Assembly (NCBI GenBank): GCA_000934665.2
Contig: JYFJ02002480.1
Coordinates: 1-56,120, forward strand
Direction of reading: 5' to 3'
Length of the DNA: 56,120 nt
Source of the DNA: Catajapyx aquilonaris
Taxonomy: Eukaryota
Each line of letters starts with the position of its first letter. Position 1 is the first letter of the stretch. This document shows, in pieces, positions 1-13,626 of this stretch. A model generated the notes under the pieces. The model was not told the DNA's origin. It made no database searches and worked only from the letters and a program-made list of their open reading frames with translations. Position numbers and translations under genes: made by a program.

Positions 1-1020
1 GAGTGAGGTGCCAGAGGAGTACCAGGGAGTACCACTCCCAGGTGTACACCTGAGTACCGAAGTGATTACCCCCTTGCTACGTGTACTGCAATTATTAATA
101 TTCTTGCCAACCTGCCCGTTGTTCTATTGTTTTCATTGTTGAATATGCAATGTTGATTTCATTTTAGAACATGAGTGAGAACATGAGAGAGGCAGATCCA
201 TCATTTGGGCTTGTTGACAGCCAGGGTTGCTAGGCAATTGCTTAATCTGCTGAAAACCCCCCTTAGACTCAAAAAAGTTCGGGTTTGGGACTTTTCTCGG
301 GGTCAGTGATATGGAAGACATGGCTCTGAGAAATTTGAGCGCTCTCCGTGCCCGGGAAGTGGCTTAATTAGGCGTGATAAATAAATGTACAAATTTTGAG
401 CTTTATATATATAGGGATACACTATGATTTTGGAAACATGGTAATTTTGGAAAAATAGCTTGCTAAATGACACTCACTTTGAGTTATTTCATGCTAGCTT
501 TGTGTTTGTGTGTCAAGTCTGCTGCATGTGGTAATTTGTTGTTGATTTCTATTTAAGTGTTCTGAAATCATGTGGGAGGAGATATAAATGTTACCAGATG
601 TCAGAATATTCCAATGTGTCAGTTTATAACTTGTTGCAGTTAATCAATATCATATTACCTAGACTGGAGTCATCCCTGGTGAAGCAGGAACTTATTGAAA
701 AATATTTTATAATTTTATAGAACTTCACTTCTGAGAATATGCCAGTCTCGCGTTCATGTGGGGTATTTGAACTGTGGCATATTTTTAGACATTTCAGCAA
801 AATATGTGGCTGCTGTTAAATTTGACATTCTTGAGTTTCCATTTAAAAAAAGGTCAGATATACTCTTGGATCTGCCCTAAAAAGGCCAGCTGAGTATGGT
901 GCTAAATGAAATGAAACTAGTCCTTGATTCCTTTTCCATGTCTAATTCTATACAACTGATGATAGCTGTATTAGTTGTAGCATCAAATTAACTTTTTTAT
1001 CCTGATGTTGAATTCTACAG

Positions 1021-4000
1021 CGGTCCTCTGTGGCAAGCAATGGTAGCCAGCAACCAGGTGTCTATGCAGATGGTGTGCGCATGGAGGAGATAGTGGAAGG
1101 CACTGTCGGGGCACTGCATATCTTGGCCAGGGAGAGTCACAACAGGGCCATTGTGAGGGGACTCTCTGTCATCCCCATCTTTGTGCAGCTGCTCTACAAC
1201 GAGATAGAGAACATCCAGCGTGTTGCTGCAGGAGTGCTTTGTGAGGTGGCTGCTGACAAGGAAGGGGCAGAGATGATTGAACAGGAAGGGGCCACTGCAC
1301 CCCTAACTGACTTGCTCCACTCCAGGAATGAAGGAGTTGGTTAGTTGCACTGCTTTAAGCGTCATTTACATATTATAATTTTAACAGATTGAATGAACTT
1401 GAAAATGTAGGTGACGTCTTGAATGTAATTTAATAGCTCACAAATCTATTATAGTATTTGAAGACCTCTGGGGAGGAACGATCAAGGTCCACATTTTGTC
1501 AAAAATGAGTTACGTATGTCAGAGGATAGTTTCACTACCTGTAGACTATTATGGTTTGGTCGTAGTTGTGGAGTAAAATGATTACAGATCACTATGGAAG
1601 GCCCCGAAAGTGGGATTTACAATAGAACCTTATGGGCCTTCGCAATTTGAAATTGAAATGTATCTCCGTTTCACCTAAGGTGGACCTTGATCATTCTTTC
1701 CTCAAGGTCTTCATTTACACTCACCGTCAGATGAATCATTAGGACACAGTGGTGCTCTATCTTTTGTGGCTAATTGCTGGAAGTGTTTAGTTGTATTAGG
1801 TGCTTGAAATGAAGCATCAGTAGTGACATGTGGCTTGGATAACTGTTTTAATTCAAAAAGCTTTTGTTGTCAAATTCAGAAGTATCGTATTTAGGAGAGG
1901 AACATGCAAACATACTGTTTGTGAATTCCATTGGCATAAAGAATAACCAAACAGTTCTAGCTGAATTCATGCATATTGAGGTGCACAGACCCTAAAATTA
2001 AAACTTCCAATTGTATTTTAAAACCCCATTCAAATCCACACATTACCTCAAAATTTTAACATTTTGAGACTGTGCACTTTAACTCTCTCCCCACTGTGTC
2101 CGTCCTCCACTGACAATTTCCGACAAAAATTGTGAGAATTCTTTGCAAAAAAAAAAAATAATCATAAATGAATGCATTCGGCATATGCACAAGCAAAAAA
2201 CGCAGAATTCAACACAAAAATCACATGCTCAAGTGCTTTGTCAGACGTTTTCGGATGACATTATCTTCAGGCGGCCACATTGGAAAGATTTCTATGCGCA
2301 GTGATAGAGATTGTATAAATTCAAGCTCAATTCTGGGACTTTAGAAATGATTTAGATCGGATTCTAAGCGATGTTTTGCATATAATTGTTCTTGGAACCC
2401 GTAAATTTCACCGCTACGTTTTTTCCGACCCGTGAGTAGATGCGTAGAAATAGTTATAGCTATTATGCTACACATGGCCTAGACTATGGGAGCTGTGCAG
2501 TAGATCTGGAGGAGCAGTGATTCAGTGTGGTTCAAATGATATATGTGGCATGGGGCTAACACATCGCCTTGGTGAGATATTGAATTTTAAAAATATGATT
2601 AAGTCAAGAGGTGTTGCAGTAGCGGCAACGCCATGGCAGTTTAAGAGTTAACATGCAAAATGGATCTGGTTTTGAAGGTGCTGCTTAAGATATATGTTTT
2701 CTTCCATTTTTGTTACCACCATTCGTCAACAAATTTTAAACAAGTTCTGTACATTATACCTGTCCTGCTTTGGATGGAGTGTAAATTATATGTTTCTACC
2801 ACTAGCAACATATGCAGCTGCTGTCCTGTTCCGAATGTCTGAGGACAAGCCTCAGGACTACAAGAAGCGACTGTCAATGGAGCTGACCAACTCTTTGTTT
2901 GAGCGGGAGCAAAATGTGTGGAACAACAGTGAGCTGGGAATGGGACCAGACTTGCAGGTAAGTCGCACCATACTCCCTTATTTTTCTGGAAGGGGAATTT
3001 GGGCAATATTTTTGAGTTAATGTTTCAACTTTCCTGGATTAAGTTTGGGTTGTCTCTACACCCTCATATTTGTGTGCCTTTATTATAGTGTAAATTGCAC
3101 TTTAGCATGCATTCGTTTATATTATTTTGTGCACACATTTTTGTTCTCAGTTTTAGTTTTTCAATCACTAGTTGCTGTACATAGGCAAAAAAATTTGTAC
3201 ATTTTGTACATAAATGAGCAAGAGAGGGCTTTTATAGAAATGGGCCAGCCATCAATTTGAGACATGTCCTCTGACCCCTGCCTTCCCTGCCACACAAACC
3301 TTACCTTTTACAGGACATGCTTGCCCCTGACCAAGCTTTTGAGGGTATGTATGGCCAGGGGCCCCCAAGTGTGCATAGTGGACAGGGCGGACATACCTAC
3401 CAGCAGCAAGGTAGGTTGGGCCAAGGGTGCCCAAGAGCAAAGAAAAAAAAAACCTAAAATGAAAAACTGTGTTTGGTAGCGTCTGAGGCTCTGGCAAAAT
3501 TTAAACAAGGAATAACCATTTCCCTCCCTGTACTGGAGTATACAAGGAAGGAGTGCCCTCTATTGCTAAACTACTTGTCTTGACGGGAACATACACATCA
3601 ACTGCACATTGCCACAGATCTGAAGCAATAATGATTGACAGAACTTCTGTAACACAATCATCCCTAAGTCAAAGAAAATTACAACATTGGTTGGTCAAGT
3701 GCTGCAAAGTTAAAGAATTAAACTTCCCCCATTCTTATTTTTATATCTCGAAGTCGAAGCTAGTGTCTGATTTTGGTGGGCTTTCCCATTGGACTGGGTA
3801 AGCATCATGCAAAGAACAAAATTTGTGTACTGAATTGTTAGTGGGTGTGCGAAGCAACATTTTTGTGTCTCGAGTGACTATAATAATTTTTTAAAGTGAA
3901 AATAGTTTTATACAGTAATGTCACCGTAGCTCTGTCACAGTTTTCCAGAAGTGACGTGACACTGCTGGGGCTGCATGTTTGTTTACTTAACATAAAATAG

Positions 4001-4669
4001 CACTTGTATAGCACTGAGTTTTTTCATACATGGCTAGCTTGCAAGTTAGGGATTGAAGTTATAAAAGTCTCTCAGTTATAGGGCTTTGTGGTCAGTTAGC
4101 TGGAAAAAGATGGTGGTAGTACACGACCATTGCTTTATCTCCTGGCAATTATATTGTGTCAATTTTCTCAAGCCTTCAAACTGACAGGCTGATGGGCAGT
4201 TGATGTCTCCCTATGTTTTCAAATCTTCACTAACTGCATGTTGTTACCGTTTTACCAACACTTGATGCATTTTTTACTTTACTTTTGGTTTTGGTCTTGC
4301 TTCCTACTTTTTTTCTGCACTGTTTTTTTTTTGGTTGCACGTCCAACTAGTTTTTAGAAATGCAGAGTCTAAATTGATGCATTTTTGGCAGGATACGACC
4401 AAATGGTACCAGTAGACTCGATGCAAGGGTTGGAAATTAGTTCCCATCATGGGGGCGGTGGTTCCAACTATGGTCCAATTGATCCAATGGACATGGCTCA
4501 GCACCACCACCCTTCAGTGGGGGCAGGTGGGGGTGGGGGCAGCGGAGGTCAGCAACAGCAACAACAGCAAAACACAGATCTCAGCTTTGACCCAATGGAT
4601 CCGCCGCCTCTACCCCAACCCCCCCAGGACAACAATCAGGTTGCTGCGTGGTATGATACAGACTTGTAA
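1021..4669 (+). CDS. arm: Armadillo/beta-catenin, 3' part (5' exons lie outside the window). Exons 1021-1339, 2806-2957, 3314-3410, 4392-4669
   Basis: The spliced translation has [65 protein letters not shown] and C-terminal AAWYDTDL*, all characteristic of beta-catenin/Armadillo. All introns are GT-AG with consistent phases. Confidence 0.97.
1459..1713. mobile_element. MITE-like element with ~34-bp imperfect terminal inverted repeats in an armadillo intron
   Basis: tgaagacctctggggaggaacgatcaaggtccac (from 1459) pairs with gtggaccttgatcattctttcctcaaggtcttca (to 1713). Interior is non-coding. Confidence 0.55.
2079..2651. mobile_element. Possible decayed TTAA-type (piggyBac-like) non-autonomous element
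   Basis: Bounded by TTAA-CTCT at 2079 and AGAG-TTAA at 2651. The inverted-repeat match beyond the first bases is weak. Confidence 0.3.
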
Positions 4670-6677
4670 TTGTTCAGTTGCGTTAAGAGAAATGCTTTAG
4701 AATGGCGAAAGGGCAGGGTCAGGTTGAATGTTTCTAAATTTTACAGGTAAAATGACAGGGTATGTGACTTGGTGTTCATTGCTGTGGTGTCATTTGACCT
4801 GAGGGTAAATGTTGTTTTCCAAGTATAAAGTGGGTCAAAGAATAGGAATAGTATAGTTATTCCAGTGTACTTGGACCACTTTCTTGGGGGCTCCAGTTAC
4901 CCATGTTGGGGACAAATCAGGGTCTCCTATCAGGTCATTGCTATCCTGAAGGCACATTAAGTGAGACCCTCCATAAATTATCATGAGTTTTAGAATATGT
5001 CTCCCATTTGTATTTGTGAAAATGTCATGGATGATTTTATTCACTTACCTTCCATGTTTGGCGTAGACTATAGAATCAATACTGACTTTGATTGAAGAAG
5101 CCAAAGCAATTGCAACTATCTGATATGCATAAATGGGTGGATGAGAAAGTGAGAGAGACAGAAGACAGGAAAAGCAGTCTCTCACTTGGTCTGCCTCTTC
5201 CTGCATGAAGACTTACAGCTTGGGAGACCCTGGCAGTAGACTGGCTTAATTATCCAGGTTGAGGGATGAGGCCTGGAAGCCTCGCCACCCTGGCAAGGTT
5301 GAGATACCGTCAGTAGACCTACATATCACACCACTTTGATTACATGCTTACATGGTAAAAGGGGTTGGGATAGGATGGGGAAGGATACCAGCAATGGTGT
5401 CAAAATTTCACTGTGTTGCATTTTACAATTTTGTGAAGCCATGACGTGGATATCAGGAAAGCCCAGTTCATTTGCAGCTATAAAATACCTCTTGTAAGCC
5501 TTTCTTAAGGGCTTCACAGTGTGTATAACTCACTGCCAAACTGGAAGGTGAGGTGACAGGAGCAAGTGAAAATGAGAACCTGTGAGAGTTTTACAAATGT
5601 ACATCGTGAGCTCAATTATGAAACAGGTAGAGTGAAGTGAGGCAATTGTGTACACTTTTTTTGATAGATAAACTTTGATGGTCAGGGCTGGAAAAGCAGT
5701 GGTTTGCAATGGAAATGCAACGTATGTGTCACAGCTGTGCACAAACAAAGTAGTTTCCAGTTAAATGCAACTCGACTGGGCAGTCCTCAGTGAGCAAGAT
5801 AATTTGCAGTCTCCCCACTCCTAGCTTGCTCTGACAGGTGTAACAAGTCAAAATAGTACCTTTCTTATGTTGTGGAGTGCAGGAAGATGTGATGCAACGT
5901 GTTATGCCAAAATGACACTGACAGCTGTTGGCCATTTAGAAACATAGATGTACATGCTGTATGGAATTGCCATATGTGTAGACTTGCCCCACTTCACCTT
6001 GTATGATTTTATAATGTATAAGTGAGAGAGAAAAAGAGAGACCTCTGACCCATGTGCAGGTCTGACCCATAAAATGAGCATTTTCAAACTACTTGTTGAT
6101 ATCTTTGTAATCAAGTAGGGTTTTATTGTTTTAAAGCTCTCTTTCTTTGCCTAGTTATGTATAGGGTGTGATAGATGATGTTAATGGGAGTGAAAAAAAT
6201 TTCAGTATTTAAACTTTCATAGTTTACACACACCCACCAGTTCGTGTCAAGTATTGTGTGCATGTTAATTTTTGAGAGAAGTGAGTTTGTAGGTGAATGA
6301 CATTACTTGTTGATTTATTGGTCACAAATTTGTAGGCAGCTCTGTAATGTATTCTTTATTGTGGTAGTACATAGAATATATGAACTCTGACAAGCCCCAC
6401 ATAAAGATAGATGCAGCACCTTTGCAGGTTTGTATTTAAGTGTGAAGCCAATCCAGCAAAAAAATTTATATAATTTTATATCTGCTAATGATATGCCACC
6501 TGAGGCTGTGCAAGAAAAGAAAAATAAACAAAAATTTGTCACTATTTGCACTGCTGTCCTCTATTGCTGTCTAATGTGGTGTACCATTCCATAAGCAGAA
6601 CGTAATAAGGTTGACTTTTGTTACAGTATGTAGAAGCGCTTGAAAGTTTATAATTTCTTCTATTGCATTTATTCTGA

Positions 6678-6683
6678 AATAAA
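6678..6683 (+). promoter_or_regulatory. Candidate polyadenylation signal of armadillo (~2-kb 3'UTR)
   Basis: AATAAA at the end of an AT/GT-rich ORF-poor stretch, followed by a GT/T-rich tract. Confidence 0.45.
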
Positions 6684-9315
6684 GTATTTTAAATCCATGG
6701 CGTGTTTTCAATACCTAATTAATCACCTGGACACATTTGTACTTATAGTGTGGTGTGCATTGCTAAGTGCCTGCCACTGTTCGTGTTGGTGATGGCTTGA
6801 TTTATTGGGGGGTACCCAGCACAACAACACTGATACTGAAGTGACATACCCATTATATAGGAGGACTAGTGCAGATTTGAAGTACCGTGAGCATGCCGTA
6901 CAGGCAATGGCCCGTGTGGATACCGCACATCCTGCTTGGTGGATATCAGATCGATAAAACCAAGTATATGAAGCAGGTCTTTGTCAAAAAAACAACCTTC
7001 ATGGTGGTTGATTGTCAAGGTTCACGTCTATTGTTTTTTGGCAGCTCCTGTAGAATGAGGATGTTGAATTTGTACCCTGCCTATCGATGAACAAATGGGT
7101 CAAGTGCAGCACCTACTCGGGCACAACTTTGAACAACATGCAAAGAATGGTTACACCCTACCTATTGCATACCTGCCACACATCTTCTGCTCAGTCATTT
7201 CAACAGCATGTGGTCAATACCAAAACAAGTTCACAATGCCATTAATGCAAGACCTGATTGCACACTATACCATCCAATATTTCGACACACTGCATCGACT
7301 ATTGCACTTTTGATAGACGTCTTGGGGACATGCCAATGCCACGCCTTTACCATTCCACATAAACAAGGGTCGTAAAACCAGAATTACTGACATCCAAGAA
7401 AACATGTGTCACAAGTACAGTGTGTAGTTATAAACACAAGCTTCTTTTTTTACCCCTTTTGCAGCAGTTGAGATAGCAGGTGTGTCACAATAAAAAACAA
7501 GCTGGAGCAGTACTAGTTAGGCAAGAATCGGCCCATTCAAAATAAGTTAACTGTATTACCTATAACTGTAGCTGAGGAACTGGACCGTCTTGCTCGACCC
7601 ATAAAAAAAATTAATAAACAATAGGGTGTTGGGAAGGAATAAAAAAAAGAAGGGTCCGTATCCGTTGGTTCCATCCGGAGGGGGGGCCAGGTGCAAGGCG
7701 CTTTAAAATATCCCTCCCCCCATTAAACCCTCCCCCATCTCACCTCCTTCTCCTTCTTCCTCCCAAGCAAGAACCAACCAGTGGTGTCCCCGAGGCTGTT
7801 TTTTGCCCGCCACTCGACTTGAACGGCACACTGCCCTTCTCCCAGACCAGGCTCAACCTTCGAAGAAGAAGGAACTTGCCAAGTGCTTGTCCCAAAAACA
7901 ATAAGTGCTTCCAGAAGACAGGAGCCCTGGAGCACAATATGTAAGGTGAGAATAGTGCATCAATGGGATTTTGTTTTTTTAGAATTTTGGAGGGAAATTG
8001 TGTGGACCAGTGAAGGTTATTAGTGATTGTTAATTTTGTATATTTAGTAACTTTTCGGTATCTGCAAGTTTGTGGTACGGCCAATTGTGTAAATCCTGAA
8101 CAGTGATTCTGTGTGAAGAACAATGCTAAACCAGTCCGTAGCAATAATTAAACCGCGGTTTAATTAGAGTTGTTAACTTAGCTAATTTAAATATCCTGCT
8201 GCTCAACTTATGGATTGTGTGCATTATTTTCCGTGTGGCTTATGGTACTTGCTACACAATCCACTGAATATTCGTTAATATTTTGTAATATTGCTTTATT
8301 GCAATGGGGACATGCTCATACATAACAAATTAGTGCATTGAAGCTTTTTTAACAAATATGTGCAGACTAGTGGCTATAGGCTACATTTTACATGACAAAC
8401 TGATCATATTCATTGTACAAAATAATTTTGCTATTTTAATTGATGCCCTGTTCATCCCGACCATATTTTTTTAAAAACGAATGACGCAACAGATCCAACG
8501 ACATTGCCCTTAAATCCTTCCATCACCCGGAAATCGCTTCGAAAACTAGCAAAAAAAAGTCCCCACATTCCCACGAGGGTTAGGTGAAACGGGGGATTTC
8601 ACTATAAAAACGCAAAAGAAACAAGTCCGGCAGTGGCGAAGAAAAGTACATTTTACCATTAGGACACTCCACGCAAGAGTTGGCCCAAAAATAATAAAAG
8701 GCGTACAAAAAATAATAACAACAATGGTCCCCTATGAGGTGTATAGTGAATAAGCCAACTTCACGGAAGATAACCCTCCTGCTTATTCCACCCGTGGCAA
8801 AATGTAGGCCACGCTTTGCCCACCTGAAGAGAGCCAACTCCTAGAGGTCAAATACGTGGACGGGCAGGAAATGTGACCCTACCCATTCTACGACGTGGGT
8901 GCTGACGCTTTTTTGCCAATTATTCAGTGGGGTGTTTCACTAGAAGGGTTATTTTTGCATGGATGTGAGTAATGTGACACAATAATGAAGGTGCTGTTGA
9001 GGTGTCCAACTCCGCCCTTTTCGTGTAGGTGAAGATACGGAAAGATGGGTCTATTTGCGTGGTGCTGACCTATTTTGTACCGGATTATGTCGAGTCATTT
9101 ATTGGGCATTGTTACGGTTTTCTTGGCTGTCTATACCAGACGGCAAGGTGAAAGGGAATTTTTCTGAAATTAAAAAAAAGTAGTTGTTTGGAGGCTACAG
9201 TGTAATAAATTGCAAATTTTGTGCAGATAGGGTGGGGATTAATTGGACAGGTGCAATTGCAGGGTTTTTTAAAATGCAGAGAACCTTTCAACAAGGTCGG
9301 TGTACTAGGAAGTGC

Positions 9316-9555
9316 CACTTGGCTGCAAAGTTCGCACGTATAGGCAAAATACGTCAGTCAACACTTCTTCTGCCCAAGCCAATTTTGCACGCGAAAATTT
9401 TGGAACAAAACAAGTTCCATGAAAATACTTGAAACGCCTGCTTTTTCATGGACTTATTGCTTTGCTCCAAAATTTTCGCGTGCAAAATTGAGCTTGGGCA
9501 GAAGAAGTGTGGGCTGACGTATTTTGCCTATACGTGCGAACTTTCCAGCCAAGTG
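9316..9555. mobile_element. 240-bp foldback/MITE, almost entirely palindromic
   Basis: cacttggctgcaaagttcgcacgtataggcaaaatacgtcag... is the reverse complement of ...ctgacgtattttgcctatacgtgcgaactttccagccaagtg. Arms are ~110 bp with a short spacer. Confidence 0.75.
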
Positions 9556-12500
9556 ATTGCTTTTTCAGACAAAATTCAACAATTGCGTAAAAAAATTCCT
9601 CATCGTTAAATAGGACATACTGTGTGATTTTCTGCACGAATAATTTATGACTGTCATTTGTAGAAGCAAATTGGCACACACTGTTGTGCACGAAAACAAG
9701 CGAAATGCCTCTGGCCGGACATGCCTTCAAAAAAAATCATTAACCCTGCGAAAAACTACGACATCCCCACGTGCAACAAAACATCCCATTCAACAATGGG
9801 CACGTTTACCTTTCATTCAAAAACCCTTCCCCATTTTGTTTAAAACAATTGCACTTTCTGACCCTGCGCATGTAGATTTGAACTCCAGAATGACCGATGA
9901 ACCTCTTTTAAATTCTCAACTTTCTACCTTTTTTTAAACACCTTAAAAGACGACACGTGTTTTTTTTTTCCATCCTAACTCTGCCCTGAGAAAGTTGGTC
10001 TTTCGGCAAAATGCTTGAGGGCTGGATAAAGTTCCTCCTATGAGAATATCAACCGGTTCTACTTGCCTCGTTCCGCTGGCGTGGGATTGCCCCAAAGTGG
10101 ATCGGGGGATACCCCCGCACCCACATCCCATTCACCTCTACTTATATGCCAACACACATGCATAGTTGTGGTTTTTAAAAAGACAAAAACCTACATTATA
10201 TGACCATTATTTGGGACGATTTAGCTTTCTTCATGGGCTGGAAGATTCTGATGGGTAAAAGTTTTTAAAAATGGACGATTTTGTGGGTAAAGGGTGGGTG
10301 AAAGCAAGTGGGTGATTTATGGCGACTGGTGGAGACAAAAAATATATATTGCGAAATGGGGACGATCCTGAATAACAATGTAGGTTCGACCTTTATGTCA
10401 TCATAAAAGGGCAGCCAGATATCGTTTGGCGGAATCGCTTGCCCTATTTCACGTGATAGAATGTATATCCCCAGTGTACTGGATGTAGTACTGTTACACT
10501 GGTTATTAATTTAATAAATTGCCGATGAATATTTATCAAACACGACTGCTTATAACGTTATCGCTATTAATATTAAACGGTTTGTTTGCATATACGGTAC
10601 TGTAATGTAAATCACTTAGCTGTTGGCTGTATTTTTATGCAATGTTGTCACAGCTCTTGGTTTAGTGAAGGGCCAATGATGTAACTGTAAATCGACGTTA
10701 TGCTTATAAGGAATCTAGGGCTAGATATCGCTTCCAATCAGTTAATAAGTGCGCATCAGGGTGTGCATAACATTGAAGCTTGAAGGCCGTATAGGTGAAC
10801 AAATTAGAGAGTGTCTAGTCAACATATTATGCAAGTTAAATATTGCGAACAATATGCCGACGTCAGTACAACAAGTTGCAAAAGTTGGATGGATAATCCC
10901 ATATGGATTGTAGCCTTGGAAGTTGCCAAATGCCATGGCGATTACATGCTCCACACCCATATCCATGACATGTGACGGGCAATGATCGCGTGTTTCGTGG
11001 TGGTATACAAGGTGGCATACTGCCCAAGTCTACAGCCCAGGAGGAAGGGCGGGGAGAACCATTGTGAAGTGTGCATACCATCAGCTCTGGTTGCTAGAGT
11101 AAACAATCAAATTCTTCATTAGACTGTAGGTTTGCAGTGAATAAACAAGGAGTCACCTCTTATTTTGTTCCATTTGAGAGGCATGGTCAGGCATGACTGG
11201 AACCCCATTTCTGGCTCGTAACCTTGTGACACCCACAGTTGAGACATCTCGTGGGAACGAACTTCTTCCGTTTCCATAAGTAAGAGGGGGAAACTCCTAC
11301 ACGTCCAACTACAGGGCAAGAGTTCGGAACCTCTCCAATAAGTCCTTGGAAGTAACCAGTAGACTCCCACTCCCCACATTTTCACCAGTACCATCAAAAT
11401 CCATCATGCACACAATGTGATGTCGGATCCACTTTCCTTATCCAATGAAGCCAAACCCCCCATAGAGTAGACCTGGAAGAAGACAGTGAAAGTTTTTGGT
11501 AAAGGTCCAGCAAGGTCGATGGTCCCTCACAGATTCTTTCGAGCTTCCAACAGATGTGGTGGAAACAATCGGCAATGGTTTGAGCCCACACAGGTCACGT
11601 CGTTGATCCTGCACATTCCGGTATAGTGAAAGGTAGCACAATATTTTGAAGGCTACGGAACCAGATTAGGGAAGCTGCGCCGAAAAGGAAAGGGCCACTT
11701 GTTGCAATATTTGATCCTGTCTGTGAATAAAAGGATGGTCTGCGTAACATTTACTGCCAAGTTTTCAAGCTTACTTGAGCATGTTAACATGCCCATTGTT
11801 TAGATCTGACAAAACGGACATGTGCCAACATCTTGCGATTCTGCTATCGCAAGTGTCGTATCTGCAACATTGCATGCAATATTATAACTAATAAATATAG
11901 CTATTGGAAGCTACCCATATTCGACCTAGAACAAAAATACACCCTTTCCTTTTATAACACCGACCTATTTTTAATTCTGAGCAAGTGACCACAAGGAAGA
12001 CCATTCTTGCCCTAGCCGTGACCCCACCGTTTACACAACGTGTCAGAATTATTTTGCACGGAACTACGAAGGACATAAGAAAGGAGTGCCATAACCTGGT
12101 TCGCTACCATAGAGATCGACGGTCCAGAAGAAAGAATCGTATGTTCTCACCTGCTCATCACCGTTAATCAATGGTCTGTGGGCCTTGTTCAGGCGTATTT
12201 TTACACCCGGATTTTAGTCGATGTCTAAAACTGGAGGAATTGGCTGTGTTGGCAGTAGACTCGACCTTGGCAACGGTGCACAAGCTAAGAGGCCACAGAC
12301 CGTTAGCCATCATCAGTGTCTGCTGCCGAAGACTTCTTGCGTAAGAAGGTGCCAGAGAGTATGAGTATATAGGGGACACCCAACGTGATCGAGGGTCTCA
12401 TGTCCTAGCGGAACAGTTATAGAAGGAGGGTAATTACAAGTGTGGATCCTGGTTTTATTTTTTTGGGCATATCGGAGAGGGTCAGGTTAATGGAACGATT

Positions 12501-13626
12501 GAGAGGTATGGGGAAATGTGGTGAAACGGTTGAGTTATGTTCGGGAATTGGGGAAAAAAGGTGAATTATAGATGTTCCAGGATGTGTGCCTAGTTTGCGG
12601 TATACGGTATTAAATTTTTTATCGTAATCGTCCATAAAATAATATTTGCACAGACATTACAATCACAGGGCATTGGCAGGAATATTTGCCCATAATGCAA
12701 ATTAATCAGGAAAATCACGGCAAGCGCCACTGTATCTTCTAGAACTACCGTACACCTGCACAGTTATTCAATATTGTGCAAAATTTCGCACACACAATTG
12801 CGTGCGATAACCGCATAACGCTCCTGAGTTGCATGAAACCGAGACTTTTAATGACAGACTGTGCAAAGCAGAATAGTTATAAAAAAAATAACGACGTGTG
12901 AATCACCAGCGGGACATTCAGACTGTAGATTCAACACACTGCGAAGGAGCAATATTGACCCAACTTGTTAGCCACCGTTTGCATAACTGGAAGCGTGAGA
13001 TTGACCGCAAACATTACTCACATCAAAGGCATCTCCAATACGCAATTTGCATATTCGGAAGTGGAGTAGAAAATAAAACCAATCTTGTGCAAAACCAGTT
13101 CGCGAAAGTAACTACTAACGAAAGTAACGGGCTTAGCATTTAAGGGCATCCGGAATGGGTTAGCTGTATTTTCAGGTCACAAAGGTCAACCCCCTCCCCT
13201 AATTTTGGGCTCATTTTCTTCAATTTTCCTCGACCTTTCACCCTACATAGGTTCATCAATTACGGCCGATTGAGGAATTCAGGCCTCACTTGGCCAACTC
13301 ATGTGAAATATGCACCCCCATATCAAGACAATACCCTTTTGTGTTTAATATAAAAAAAAATTGTGCTAAGTTTCCGAACCAAATGCAAAACGGAGTTCAG
13401 ATACGATCTAGGGGTGAAACCTCATTGTATTTACCTTGAATATTGGCATTTGGGAAGCAGTGGAACCTACTTTCCAAATTTTTACACGATAGTATTCAGA
13501 TCATGTGAAATAGAGTTTTCCACTTCTTTTTACAGATTTCTGGTGAGTTTCCTGATGTGGTTGAAAGTGCTCGGAAGAATCAGAAGCAGGCTACAGTGCG
13601 CGTGTGTTTGTGTGTGAGTTCTAACC

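Noticed and set aside
7723..8144. 134-aa minus-strand ORF
   Set aside because: No recognisable motif or supporting gene structure.
11490..11530. Minus-strand IDLAGPLPKT resembling a retroviral integrase motif
   Set aside because: Flanking residues do not continue the integrase pattern and stops surround it; insufficient support.
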